Shown piece after piece: positions 51,997 through 64,000 of a DNA stretch of 64,000 nucleotides. Both the position numbers and the translations under genes were made by a program. Position 1 is the stretch's first letter. Every line of letters begins with the position of its first letter. The notes below the pieces were generated by a model. It ran no database searches, had not been told where the DNA came from, and saw nothing but the letters and a program-made list of their open reading frames with translations. This DNA comes from Octopus sinensis. Its lineage: Eukaryota. The stretch lies in the NCBI RefSeq assembly GCF_006345805.1, contig NC_043008.1, forward strand, positions 61,008,001 to 61,072,000. The letters run 5' to 3'.

Positions 51997-53225
51997 CAGA
52001 ATCTCACAAAAGAATGTATACACACTTTAGATAATGGTAAAGTAGGTATTTATTAAAATACGCTTCGTTTTCAAAATTTAATGGAATCTGCAGACATTAT
52101 TTTATTGTTTTGTCTGCGACTGTTTTCAAACTGGCATCCGTTCTGGTCCAGGTACTGCTGACAACGTGAAGCAAGGGAATCGCAAACATCACGAAACAAT
52201 TCGCTTGGTATTTGTGTGCATTCTAGTTCCATAGCTGCTCTCAAATGACCGACTATTGCAGGTTTCATAGCATAGACTTTGTCTTTTAGGTATCCCCATA
52301 AAACTGTGTAGTGGTGTGAGGTCTGGTGAACGTGGAGGGTATTCAACGAAACCCCTTCGTCCAATCCACTTGTTTAGCAAGGCCTCATCAAAGAAGGATC
52401 TAACATCGCGATGATAGTGTGGAGGTGCCCCATATTGCTGAAATCAAAACCCCTCATCTTCAAAGTCTTCTCTTATGCTTGGCATGACAGACTGTTGCTG
52501 CAAGTTCAACTAAATGGGACCAGTCATAGTAGCGTCAAAAAAGAATAGTTCAATTAATCCTCTTGATAATAAGTCACACCACACTGCAACTCCTGGTAAA
52601 TTATCATGGTGTTCCACCATAACATGCGGATTCTCAGTTCCCCAGTAGGTGCAATTTTGGTGATTAATAGAACCATTTAATTTGAATGTGGCCTCATCAC
52701 TCCATACAATCTTTGTTGGAAAGTATGCATCTTCTACACATCGTGCCAAGTATCACTTGCAATACTGCACTCTTCGGTCTGGATTATCATCATTAGCATG
52801 GACTAATCTTGAAAGGTAAATTTTCCATTGGCAACACTTCAAAATGTGTTGGACAGACGATTTTGACATACCTACCTCACGACTCGCTTGCTGCATAGAT
52901 TTTCTTGGACATTGCTGATACGTTTCTATCCCTCCTTCTTGGTTCGTGGGGGTTGTCAATCTTCCTGGTCTTCCGGAACGCTTGGTCCAAACGTATCTCT
53001 AAATTGGGTGGTGGTAAGTCACATTGGTAGATCTGTTTGAACCTCCTAAACTGCTTTTGTAGTTCAACTGCGTTTTCACAAATTCAGTAGCATTTTAGAA
53101 TGAATTTCATTTGTTCAAAGCTTAGTCTATCGGCCATCATTAATTCCACTGAGTTTCATCCGGAAACAAAATATGTCAATTGCGTCATCAGCTGCTAAAG
53201 TGTGTATACATGTTTGGACACCCTG
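51997..53225 (-). mobile_element. Near full-length, inactivated Tc1/mariner transposon, DD41D (rosa/Visitor-type) spacing
   Basis: TIRs share ATGTATACACACTTTAG with CAG..CTG ends and TA flanks. Motifs [30 protein letters not shown](Y)GAPPH..WIGRRG..PPRSPDLTPL(H); 41 residues between the mutated 2nd (GAT>TAT) and 3rd (GAC>CAC) Asp; stops and frameshifts present. Confidence 0.9.
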
Positions 53226-53283
53226 TATATATACATACATGCATGTATATATGAGGCCTCAGATTTGCCAACATTCAATGTAA

Positions 53284-53330
<47 letters not shown>

Positions 53331-54152
53331 ATACACACACATAAACATATAAACGTATGTACGTCTCAGTTTCGTATAACAGTCCTTAAGAATATTTATT
53401 AGTTTTTAGTAGAAAAAATACAGTGCTTCCAGATATGTGTTTCGTGCGTGTATAGTATATTCGGATAGGCTATTTGGTCATATAAGCTTGACAGGAATAC
53501 AAGAAAGGAATGATAGCAATAACAACATTTTGCACTGAAATTTGTAGAAAAAAAAGAAACTAAAATTCATAAGGAGCGGAGGTAGACCAAATATTGCACC
53601 TACGTACCGTACACCTATGTACATACTGTGAATGTGAACAGCCCTCAGAATTTTAATCTAAGGCCGTTTCAGTTGCACATAGTAATTGAATTATAGCCTG
53701 AATATCTCTCCTACGAATTAGTGTATATTCCTTTTCTGTATCGGAAAAATATAAATGGTTTCGGTTTGGCTCACGACTTCTGCTGAGCCATTTACTGAGT
53801 AGCCCAAAAGAAGTCAAAGCCCCTTGTTTGGCAAATGAAGTCCCGGTTTATGAACACAATCAACTGATTGAGGTGTTTTTCTAAGACGAAGTATCACAAC
53901 TAGTGCCGTGTGATGCTCGAATAAATATTATAAAGGCAAATATGCATATAGGTATGTATAAAGAAGGCCAAGCAAGTGAGGTGCAGATGTCGGTTACTGA
54001 ACGAGAAATATGTGTCCAAGAGCGTCCTCTTACTCCAGACAAAAAGCCTGTCCTTTATCTCATTGGTAGGTAACTTTTGAAACTTGTCAATCTGTGGGAT
54101 TGAACCTGAAACTACCTATTAGCGAACCGAAATATGTAACTATACATCTTGG

Positions 54153-54577
54153 ACTCTTTTACTCTTTTATTTGCTTCAGTCATTTGACTGTGGCCATTTG
54201 ACTGTGGCCATGCTGGGGCGCCGCCTTTAGTCGAGCAAATCGACGCCAGGACTTATTCTTTGTAAGCATAGTACTTTTTCTATCGGTCTCTTTTGCCGAA
54301 CCGCTAGATTACGGGGACGTATGCACACCAGCATCGATTGTCAAGCGATGTTGGGAAGGGTCAAACACAGACGCACAAACAGATACACACTCACACACAT
54401 ATACATATATACGACGGGCTTCTTTCAGTTTCCGTCTACCAAATCCACTCACAAGGCTTTGGTCGACCCGAGGCTATAGTTGAAGACACTTGCTCAAGGT
54501 GCCACGCAGTGGGACTGAACCCGAAGCCATGTGGTTCGTAAGTAAGCTACTTACCACACAGCCACTCCTACGCCTAT
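54153..54577 (-). mobile_element. SINE family A with 14-bp internal duplication (catttgactgtggc x2)
   Basis: Same modules. Confidence 0.9.
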
Positions 54578-55637
54578 ACTCTATAAAGAAATGTAATACA
54601 CCTATTTCATTTGAACATATGGCATGGATAAAGGCTATTTAACTATGCGTTTACGATATGAATCCTTAGTATTATAGCTTGCTTTTTATTAGATCAGAGA
54701 CAATAATGAATATAACTTCAGACGAAAACTTAACTTCTATTTTTATCTAATGAAATTGCATTCAATTCCACCCCTAATGACAAACTAAACATATTCGTCA
54801 TAGCACTAAACCAGCAATCCCCATCCAGACATATGACATATTCTGTAGAAAAAGCAGATGACGTAATTTCAATGGTGCAGACACATATTGTCAAATATAA
54901 CATTTAATAAGAACAATGAATTAAATAATGTAATTGCTTCTTATGTAAGTTCGGCGACATCAACAACGATAGCAGGGAAAGGCATCAAGTATAATTATTG
55001 CTTATGATATAATTCCATAATAAATATAAGATATGTCTTGTTATTTTCTAAAAATGTCCTCACATTTGCAGACTTGCTTAATTTTCGTCTGGCGTCATTA
55101 CTAGAATGACAATATTAAATCCAGTCTAACAGACTAACCTAAGGCCAATCTAAGAATTACACACCATCCCAGACGAAAATATATAACCTTTTAGCTGTGA
55201 CAATCTGATATAGTAGTGGTATTTCGACAATTTTTATGTCGCAATTTAACGTAAGATCAATTGTCAACATCCAGGTCAGCTGAAGTTTGAGTGTAGAATT
55301 GTTAATTTAATGTTAACGTATGTATTACATGGATAATTTATAACAGACATAGAAGCAAGGAGTGACTGAATGAAAAAAAAAAAAGCTAATAGGGAATGGT
55401 AAAATAATTTTATTTTAAGACGAGCGCTTAACAATTCCTGATTTTTTTTAACCATATGTGCCCTCATCAGTGGAACATAGATGTCATTGCATTCACCCGA
55501 GTAGTGTTTGAATACTCTCGAAATAATGTATAAATTATTTTGAATATTTGGAATAAAAATGTAGAATTGTTTTTAGAACGGACATTACAAAAATACCATC
55601 CACACGAAAAATTATGATTTACGTTTACTATTTCTAT

Positions 55638-56012
55638 ATTCTTTTCTTTTACTTGTTTACTTGACTGCGGCCATGCTGGAGCACCACCTTTAGTCGAATA
55701 AATCAACCCCAGGACTTATTCTTCGTAAGCCTAGTAGTTTATTCTCTCGGTCTCTTTTTGCCGAACCGCTTGGTGATGGAAACGTAAACACGCCAACATC
55801 GGGACAAACACAGACACAAATAACAAATACGTACACACACATCTATGGATATATACGTCAGGCTTCTTTCAGTTTCCGTCTACCAAATCCACTTACAAGG
55901 TTTGGTCGGCACGAGATTATAGTAAGAAACTGTCGCCCAAGGTGTCACGCAGTGGGACTGAACCTAAAACCATGTGGTTGGGAAGCAAGATTCTTACCAC
56001 ATAGCCACTACT
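55638..56012 (-). mobile_element. SINE family A (diverged)
   Basis: Same modules with small deletions. Confidence 0.85.
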
Positions 56013-57244
56013 GTGTGTAGTAATAGATTTCTCACATTTTTATAAATATTCTTATTTCTATTTTGATGCATAAACTATACAGGTCTTCCGAACTTTATTT
56101 CCTAATCTCAAATATTCCCATTGTTTTCTATTACGTTTCACCGTAAATGATGTTCTGTTTACTCTTTACTTATATCTACGTAGACTCACATATTGAAATG
56201 TTGCCAATTGTGACACCACCTTCCAAACTTTAGTCAGTACTATCCGTCTTAGTAATTGTATTTTTTTTTATATCTGTGACTTATTTTATAGTTCTAGTCT
56301 CCTCCAACCATTTTGTTATGGTTAATAATCGTAAAAATGACCACTGACACGCGCACAACACATGCTCATACACATATACAAACACACACACACTCATATA
56401 TGTTCACTCATATGTAATATATATGTTTGTGGTGTAATATATAAGTATACACGCATGTTTAGGTATAGTTATATGAATACGACGAATCTCCATAGGTTCC
56501 GACAGTTTGCCGTTAATTAAAGCAGTATAGCACTCAAAGCCCTACTTCAGAGAAGCAGAATAATATAACTGATAGAAAAAGACGGTTATCAACAGCAAAA
56601 CAGCAAACATGAAAACACTGTAACCACTCCGAATAAAAAAAAAAATAATAAAAGGACTAGAAAACACTTTAGCATTTCACAAACAGATTAGAATGTTTTT
56701 CATCTTAGAATTTAGAAAAAAAAATCGCTTCCTTTTAAAGAGTAGAACCTGGTGAATATTTAAAAATCTGCAGTAAAACTCTAGGATACTATTTAGTAAT
56801 TAAACACCTTGATTAACCCTTTCTAATTTAAGAAAACCTTGAAATGCTTTCCATGCCTCATGTAACACATATATAAAAAAATAGTATACACATTTATAAT
56901 TAATTTTCCTTCACATCATTAAAGTTAAATTTCATAAGAATTTAAAAATCCAATAAAACCGTCTTTCAAGGTTTGAAAGAACTGAATCCATCAGGCAACA
57001 TACAGAAATTCTAAGAATTTACATCTTAAACAAGGACCTGTTTAAAGAGTCAGATATCTCCTTAAAGGTTCGTGTAAGTCGCTCAGTATCATAATACTAT
57101 TTACATTTGCTAAAATACATCTAGCTTGTCACTTTGCCCGTTCTGCCTATCCCACGTGGTTCACCAGACGCCTTTTCCAGTCGCCTAGGCATCACATACG
57201 ATGCACTTTCCAAGTTTTCTCAAATCTGTGTAACTTGAGACTTT

Positions 57245-57386
57245 GCTTCTTAACTGCATTGTTCCGGGTTCAGTCCAGTGGCGCCCTGGACGCGTGTCTT
57301 CCAATTTATCCTCCGGTCGACCAAATTCACTCCTTTGTGAAGGGGGTCGGTTGGGCGTATATATGTATATGCATATATATATATAT

Positions 57387-57417
<31 letters not shown>

Positions 57418-57545
57418 ATGTGTGTCTTTGTGCCTGTATTTACCTCCTACCACCGACTGACATTTGGTGTTGACGTAATTACGTTCTCGTAACTTAGTGG
57501 TTCGACAAAAAACCGATAAAAAAATAGCAAGTACTAAGGTCTTTT
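57245..57545 (+). mobile_element. Old degenerate SINE family A
   Basis: gttccgggttcagtcc..gtgtcttcc..(TA)..cgtaacttagtggttcgacaaaa. Confidence 0.6.
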
Positions 57546-57756
57546 CGTTCGAATAAAATAATCTACCAGGACGTACACTAACATGAGTGCAATCTGAAGA
57601 GTGAAACAATTAAATGACTGAAATAATCACAACTTATTACTCAGAAAGTATTGAACAAAAGCCAACGGAAGGTGTGATAACAAGCATTAACATTAAGGAT
57701 AATTCTATGAAATTGCTTTGGACAAACAAATGTTTAAATCGTACGCCGCATGCGTA

Positions 57757-57949
57757 TACTCTTTTACTCTTTTATTTGTTTCAGTCATTTGACTGCGGCC
57801 ATGCTGGAGCACCGCCTTTTAGTCATTGTAATAGACTCCAGGACTTATTCTTTGTAAGCCTGGTACTTATTCTATCGTTCTCTTTTGCCGAACCGCTAAA
57901 CATATCAGCATTGGTTGTCAAGCGATGTTGGGGGAAAAACACAGACACA

Positions 57950-57990
<41 letters not shown>

Positions 57991-58118
57991 ACAGACACAC
58001 ATATATATGGTCGGCCCGAAGATATAGTAGAAACCTAAGGTGCCACGCAGTGGGACTGAACCCGGAACCATGTGGTTGCTAAGCAAGCTACTTACAACAC
58101 AGTCACTCCTGCGCTTAT
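57757..58118 (-). mobile_element. SINE family A with internal deletions
   Basis: Tail and head intact; central segments missing. Confidence 0.85.
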
Positions 58119-58507
58119 AGATACGAGTATCAAATTGACATCAAACATTTCTAAATCATACATTTTTATATATTTGCTTATTTACCATTAATCCTTACCA
58201 TTGTTTTGAACCCAAATGTATGTTCTTGTACACACACACACACACACCACACACACACACACACATACACACAGACACACATATATATGGTCGGCCCGAA
58301 GATATAGTAGAAACCTAAGGTGCCACGCAGTGGGACTGAACCCGGAACCATGTGGTTGCTAAGCAAGCTACTTACAACACAGTCACTCCTGCGCTTATAG
58401 ATACGAGTATCAAATTGACATCAAACATTTCTAAATCATACATTTTTATATATTTGCTTATTTACCATTAATCCTTACCATTGTTTTGAACCCAAATGTA
58501 TGTTCTT

Positions 58508-58557
<50 letters not shown>

Positions 58558-58560
58558 AGA
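57950..58560. repeat. 280-bp tandem duplication bounded by (CA)n, includes the family A head
   Basis: ggtcggcccgaagatatag at 58009 and 58289; unique parts appear identical. Confidence 0.95.
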
Positions 58561-59072
58561 CACATACATACACTCACACACTGGGTAAGAATTCTTCAGC
58601 GTAATCGAAGCCAAAGACGCGCGATTACACCTATATTATTGCTAAACAACATGACATTAAGGACCTACCAGAACTATGGGGTTGTGTATCTCCTTGGGCG
58701 GGTGGGCACTGGAAAAAGAATGCATACTTGTGTTAGTTATTCTGAAACGGCAAACAATATTCCAAGCTCAAGGAGGGACCAGTGACAGCTTCTTTCGAGG
58801 AGATGCCAGACAAGGTTCTTAGTAGGCGTGAGGGCCATTCAAGATTGGTTTGATGAGAATGGTCGGAAATATGGTACTCGTATGAGTTTGACGCATACTT
58901 GCTTATGTGTACGTCACTTATGTGTACGTCACGTTAATAATACTTACTTATGTATACGTCACGTTAATAATTTTCTTCATGAACATGCTTCAACTGAACG
59001 TCGTTTTCGTTTCCCGATGTGTGTTTGTGTGTGACTATGTGTGTGAGTGGAAGAGAGAGAGAGAGGGGGAAT

Positions 59073-59079
<7 letters not shown>

Positions 59080-59103
<24 letters not shown>

Positions 59104-59522
59104 TTTTAAAACGTACTCAGAAGGACTACAAAGGAACTCGAGGAAAAGTAAGACAAACTCAGAGGCGATGGTATATGAGGACAAGTGATGTATGACAAGC
59201 AGGTCAGTGGTCAAGCATGAAAATAAAAGCTGAAGGGGGAAATGGAATGGTAACATGGTACCGGAAAGAGAAATGAGAGAGAAAAAAGAGCTAATAAAGG
59301 TCAGAGAAAGAGGCCGGCTAAGAGATATAGACAAAGTAAAGGATGAAAGGGGCTAGATAGATAGAAAGATATGGAGAAGGAGCTAGAAGCAGTTAGTAGA
59401 AAGAAAGGGAATAAAGGAGGGGTGCACAGAAGAAGAGAGAATGAGGGAGAAAGGAAAGCGAAAGGGATGGGCACCCAAAGCAACAGAAATGTTAGGTAGT
59501 GAAAAAATAGAGGGAATGATAA

Positions 59523-59560
<38 letters not shown>

Positions 59561-59990
59561 AAAACGTACTCAGAAGGACTACAAAGGAACTCGAGGAAAA
59601 GTAAGACAAACTCAGAGGCGATGGTATATGAGGACAAGTGATGTATGACAAGCAGGTCAGTGGTCAAGCATGAAAATAAAAGCTGAAGAGAGAAATGGAA
59701 TGGTAACATGGTACCGGAAAGAGAAATGAGAGAGAAGAAAGAGCTAATAAAGGTCAGAGAAAGAGGCCGGCTAAGAGATATAGACAAAGTAAAGGATGAA
59801 AGGGGCTAGATAGATAGAAAGATATGGAGAAGGAGCTAGAAGCAGTTAGTAGAAAGAAAGGGAATAAAGGAGGGGTGCACAGAAGAAGAGAGAATGAGGG
59901 AGAAAGGAAAGCGAAAGGGATGGGCACCCAAAGCAACAGAAATGTTAGGTAGTGAGAAAAATAGAGGGAATGATAAAAGGCAAAGAGAGA
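59080..59990. repeat. 453-bp purine-rich tandem duplication bounded by (GA)n
   Basis: attttaaaacgtactcag at 59103 and 59556; a few substitutions. Confidence 0.95.
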
Positions 59991-60074
59991 GAGAGAGAGA
60001 GAGAGAAACAGAAAGAGAAAGAGAGAGAGAGAGGAAGATAAAGAGAGAGAGAAAGAAAAACGTTGCATCAAATA

Positions 60075-60453
60075 TTGGTTTTCTACTCTAGGCACAAGGC
60101 CCGAAATATTTGGGGAGGTGGCCTGTCGATTAGAACGTCCACAGTACGCAACTGGTACTTAATTTATCCACCCCGAAAGGATGAAAGGCAAAGTCAACCG
60201 CGGCAGAATTTGAACTCAGAACGCAAAGACAGACGAAATACCTATTTCTTTACGACCCATAAGGGGTACAGAAGGGACAAACAAGAATAGACAAACGGAT
60301 TAAGTCGATTATATCGACCCCAGTGCGTAATTTAATCGACCCCGAAAGGATGAAAGGCAAAGTCGACCTCGGCGGAATTTGAACTCAGAACGTAACGGCA
60401 GACGAAATACCAATAAGCATTTCGCCCAGTGCGCTAACGTTTCTGCCAGTTCG
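60075..60453 (-). mobile_element. SINE family B dimer whose last unit carries a different 3' tail
   Basis: Unit 1 ends ..gggtcgtaaagaaataggtatttcg; unit 2 ends ..ccacctccccaaatatttcgggccttgtgcctagagtag. Confidence 0.85.
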
Positions 60454-60469
60454 ACTTTTATATACATAT

Positions 60470-60636
<167 letters not shown>

Positions 60637-61192
60637 TCACACTATACATCGACAGATGCATGCCTATGTTTATATGTGCAAATGTATTCCAGTATACACC
60701 AAAACCGTCTTAATTGTTATGAGATGCAAATTATATCTCTCTTGTACATCCGTACAATACGGTGTCTGCGTCCATCGTTATTAAATGGCCACACAACATT
60801 GACACAGCTCACACTAGGTTTAACCTTGCGGAAATACATAGATATGTCATAAAGCTAGACAGATATCAACTAGACTTTATACTGGAAATAGAATTTCTAC
60901 TTCACGTCACTTATTTTATTCTCTCATCGTTAGGAATTAAATTTGTCAATCTTATATAATTGAATATCGTGAATAATATTTTCCGCAACACAAAACATCA
61001 AGTTTCTACCTTTAACTATTTATGTCATATTGCAACAGTTTTCGACTAATTAAAGACTGTGATAATTTCTAAAACACGATACGAGATGAGTTTAAGTTAG
61101 AACTTATTGATTAACTGTAAGGATATTGTTAATTCAGTCGTCATTGACTTCGTTTAAATTTACAGCTTTAATAACACCCTTGCTAATGTTTC

Positions 61193-61312
61193 ATGTGAAA
61201 TGATCAAAGGATGTAGCAAGTCGTGCTCTGTACTATGACACTAAATCAGATCGTCTTCAGTTATTCATATATGCAGCACATTTAATCTTACTGCGAAATT
61301 ATGTGGCTTTTA
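61193..61312 (+). repeat. 120-bp direct repeat, copy 1 (copy 2 at 63378-63497)
   Basis: atgtgaaatgatcaaag..gcaagtcgtgctctgtactatgacactaaatcagatcgtcttcagttattcatatatgca..gcgaaattatgtggctttta. Confidence 0.95.
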
Positions 61313-61770
61313 ACAGTTATTTTCGCCTTCGGTTTTCATTGCTGTTCAACGAAATATTTGAAAGTTTAATTCGCTGCAATTTCTTCAGAAAATTCGGATA
61401 AGATGTTGGGTATGAGCTGCATTTCTATGTAAGTTACTATGTAGTGTTAATCCGACACTCTGTTCAGAATAAACAAGAATTTTCTATGCAAACAAAATAT
61501 AGTCTGCCGAATGTCACTGAATAGTAATACAATGAATAAATAACTACAAAAACGAACACTACAATAACGCATAAACTCAAATGAATGTGTTTCTCGTTGA
61601 AAAAAAGTGCAATAGGTTTTTCTTTGGTGACCATAAATATACACACATAAATATGTTCGCAAGTATATGTATATGCATATAAATATCTATATATATATGT
61701 GTGTGTGTGTGTATACATATGTGTGCGCCTGTGTGTTTGTGTGCATGAATGTATGTATGCATATATATAT

Positions 61771-61835
<65 letters not shown>

Positions 61836-61838
61836 ATA

Positions 61839-61944
<106 letters not shown>

Positions 61945-62129
61945 AGAGAGAGTTAGTGAGAGAGCTGTGAGAATCAGTTGATCACTTCTATCGAATGTTA
62001 TTTGAATTAATACGGAAGGTAATTTTATCTCAATGTTCTAGGCGTTTTGTAGCTCTCTTCTACCACTACAAAATCTGTATAATGTTCTTCAAATTTGAAT
62101 AAATTTTAGCTCATCAGACATGTGATGAT

Positions 62130-63370
62130 ATAGAGTGAAGAAGAAGAAGAAAATGAAAATGTTCGATACCTGTTACTCGTCACTTTCGATCAATGCTTTA
62201 AAGCTGCCGAAGCCGGTCGAGACATTTGTGTTGCACACGACGAAGGTGCGGATACTATAATAACTGCATAGAATTAAATAGATTTGAAGCTCGAAGTATG
62301 TAAATATCGATCTAACAAATTCTCAGAATTCTGGTCTATCTTTCCAATTCAATGGGAATCAAATGAAAGAGTTGTATTCAAGTATATCTGTAATAATTAA
62401 CTCGGAGATTGTCCCAGTAGATGGGATGCTCTCATTATACCCGTCACCTTCATTCGATGGCTACAGTAAAAAATCTCGGTGCTTGTTTGCCACACGCTCC
62501 AAACGAGAGAAAATTCATTCTAGTGCTTCTCTACCGCTGTCAGTTTACTTCCTCGATATTAGGGTATGCGTGAAGACAAACACAAATTACTTTACAGTAA
62601 ATTTACTGATGATGAAATACACTACCGTCAGAAATTAATTAGCACCCTTGATTTGCTCTTCACTCAAGGTATGTGCTGTCACCTAGTTGCCATATCTCGA
62701 ACTATTGCTTTGTTGCGAGTTCACTGTTGCGCAGAACGATGACGTAACTTTGTTTGCAGAGCAGTTTGAGAGTCTACAGCCTTATGATGTTGACATAGCA
62801 GTGCAACAACAACTTGGAGTGCGGATGCAGACAAATCTTCCTTTGTTTAATAGAAATAGGTAGCGCCTCGCAAGGACCGAAATCACACCATACTAAGTTT
62901 TCTCATCGCGTAAGACGTTTTGAACAGCTCATAGGTTAATTGATTTAACCTATTTAATGTAGAAATTTGACGCAAGTGTATGTTGTCTTTACGTCAGTGA
63001 TAAACAGATGCAAGAATGACTGGGTCCCAGCGAGCAAGCAAATTCGCGAGTCAGGCCATAGTTGAATCCAGGTATGAGAAAGATCAACGTTTCATGGGAT
63101 TGGGAAATACTAATCCATTACGAACTTCTTCAAAACAATCTCACAACTGATGAGGAGCAATAGGTTCAGCAAATCCAATGGCTGGACAAGCACACACGAT
63201 GTAACGGAACGACAAAAGACATAGTATACTTCTTCAACATCACAACACACGCCCCCAGCTCTCTAATTCCACAAAAAGTGGTGTCCAGGAGCTACGAGGG
63301 TAAGTTCTCTTGAACCAGTCATATTCTCATGTGTAGTGCCTACAGACTCACATTTTCGGTTACTTTTCGA
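62130..63370 (+). mobile_element. Highly decayed mariner transposase remnants, probably two partial copies
   Basis: RYLLLVTFDQCFKAAEAGRDICVAHDEGA; GCSH..HLHSMATVKNLGACLPHA; CCLYVSDKQMQE*LGPSEQANSRVR..SWDWEILIHYELLQNNLT; LLQHHNTRP. These follow the order of the mariner (Mos1/Hsmar-like) consensus. Confidence 0.75.
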
Positions 63371-63377
63371 CAGTCTA

Positions 63378-63497
63378 ATGTGAAATGATCAAAGTTTGTA
63401 GCAAGTCGTGCTCTGTACTATGACACTAAATCAGATCGTCTTCAGTTATTCATATATGCATCACATTTAATCTTTCTGCGAAATTATGTGGCTTTTA
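63378..63497 (+). repeat. 120-bp direct repeat, copy 2
   Basis: About 4 differences from 61193-61312. Confidence 0.95.
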
Positions 63498-64000
63498 TTG
63501 AAATCGTCACTCTAATTATATTTCTGTCATCAAAGCATTGACAAGAAAACTTATACCTAAGTGTGTGTGTGTGAGTGCGTGTGTGTCTGTGGGTGTGTAT
63601 ATGTGTATGTATGTGTTTGGGTGTGTGCATGTGTGCGTATGCGTGTGTGTTTGTGTGCGTGTGCGAGAGTATGTGTATGTATATATACATACGCACGCGC
63701 ACACGCACAAATCTATGTATATATTAATGTATGCATGTATTCCTAGGAAATTATATATGCTAGCTGGACCCCTAAAAAATTCACGGAAAACGTAAAATGT
63801 GTAAGCATCTGTAAAATGTGTGCTGGTGCCATGAGAAATGTTTCTATAGTGTGACAGTTACAGAATATAGAAAACAATGTAAAACCGATAACTATATAAT
63901 CCAGCCGAAATATCTGTTACAAAATCGTAAACAGAATTAGTGGATCTTTTCACTTTGACCGGCAGATTTTTAAAACTATTTCTTTGTAACAAAACAATTT

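Noticed and set aside
58560-58890. Moderately GC-rich segment with transposase-like words (AIQDWFDENGRKY)
   Set aside because: Could not be matched to any family motif with confidence; BLASTX would decide.

Overview
AT-rich, repeat-saturated eukaryotic (metazoan) DNA, intronic or intergenic. It is most likely octopus, inferred from SINE families that I recall as matching the octopus OK/OR1/OR2 tRNA-derived SINEs; this was not verified by search. No complete host gene, rRNA, true tRNA gene or CRISPR array is supportable, and almost all listed ORFs are microsatellite artefacts. Recognisable content: about 25 SINE copies of 4 families; LINE 3' ends (RTE and CR1/L2-like); two Penelope-like GIY-YIG remnants; a Helitron Rep fragment; a near full-length DD41D Tc1/mariner; decayed mariner remnants; MITEs; foldback palindromes; and three microsatellite-bounded tandem duplications. 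One GC/CpG-rich candidate coding island lies at 5.1-5.8 kb (minus). The most notable structure is a 1-kb (TA)n-flanked element at 34.5-35.5 kb, built from two interleaved inverted repeats and carrying a type I hammerhead ribozyme motif on each strand. Further minimal hammerhead variants occur at 23.7, 24.8 and 41.0 kb, and several (TA)n-anchored foldback elements share a terminal motif. Duplicated copies differ mostly by single-base indels, so unpolished long-read errors or assembly artefacts are possible throughout.
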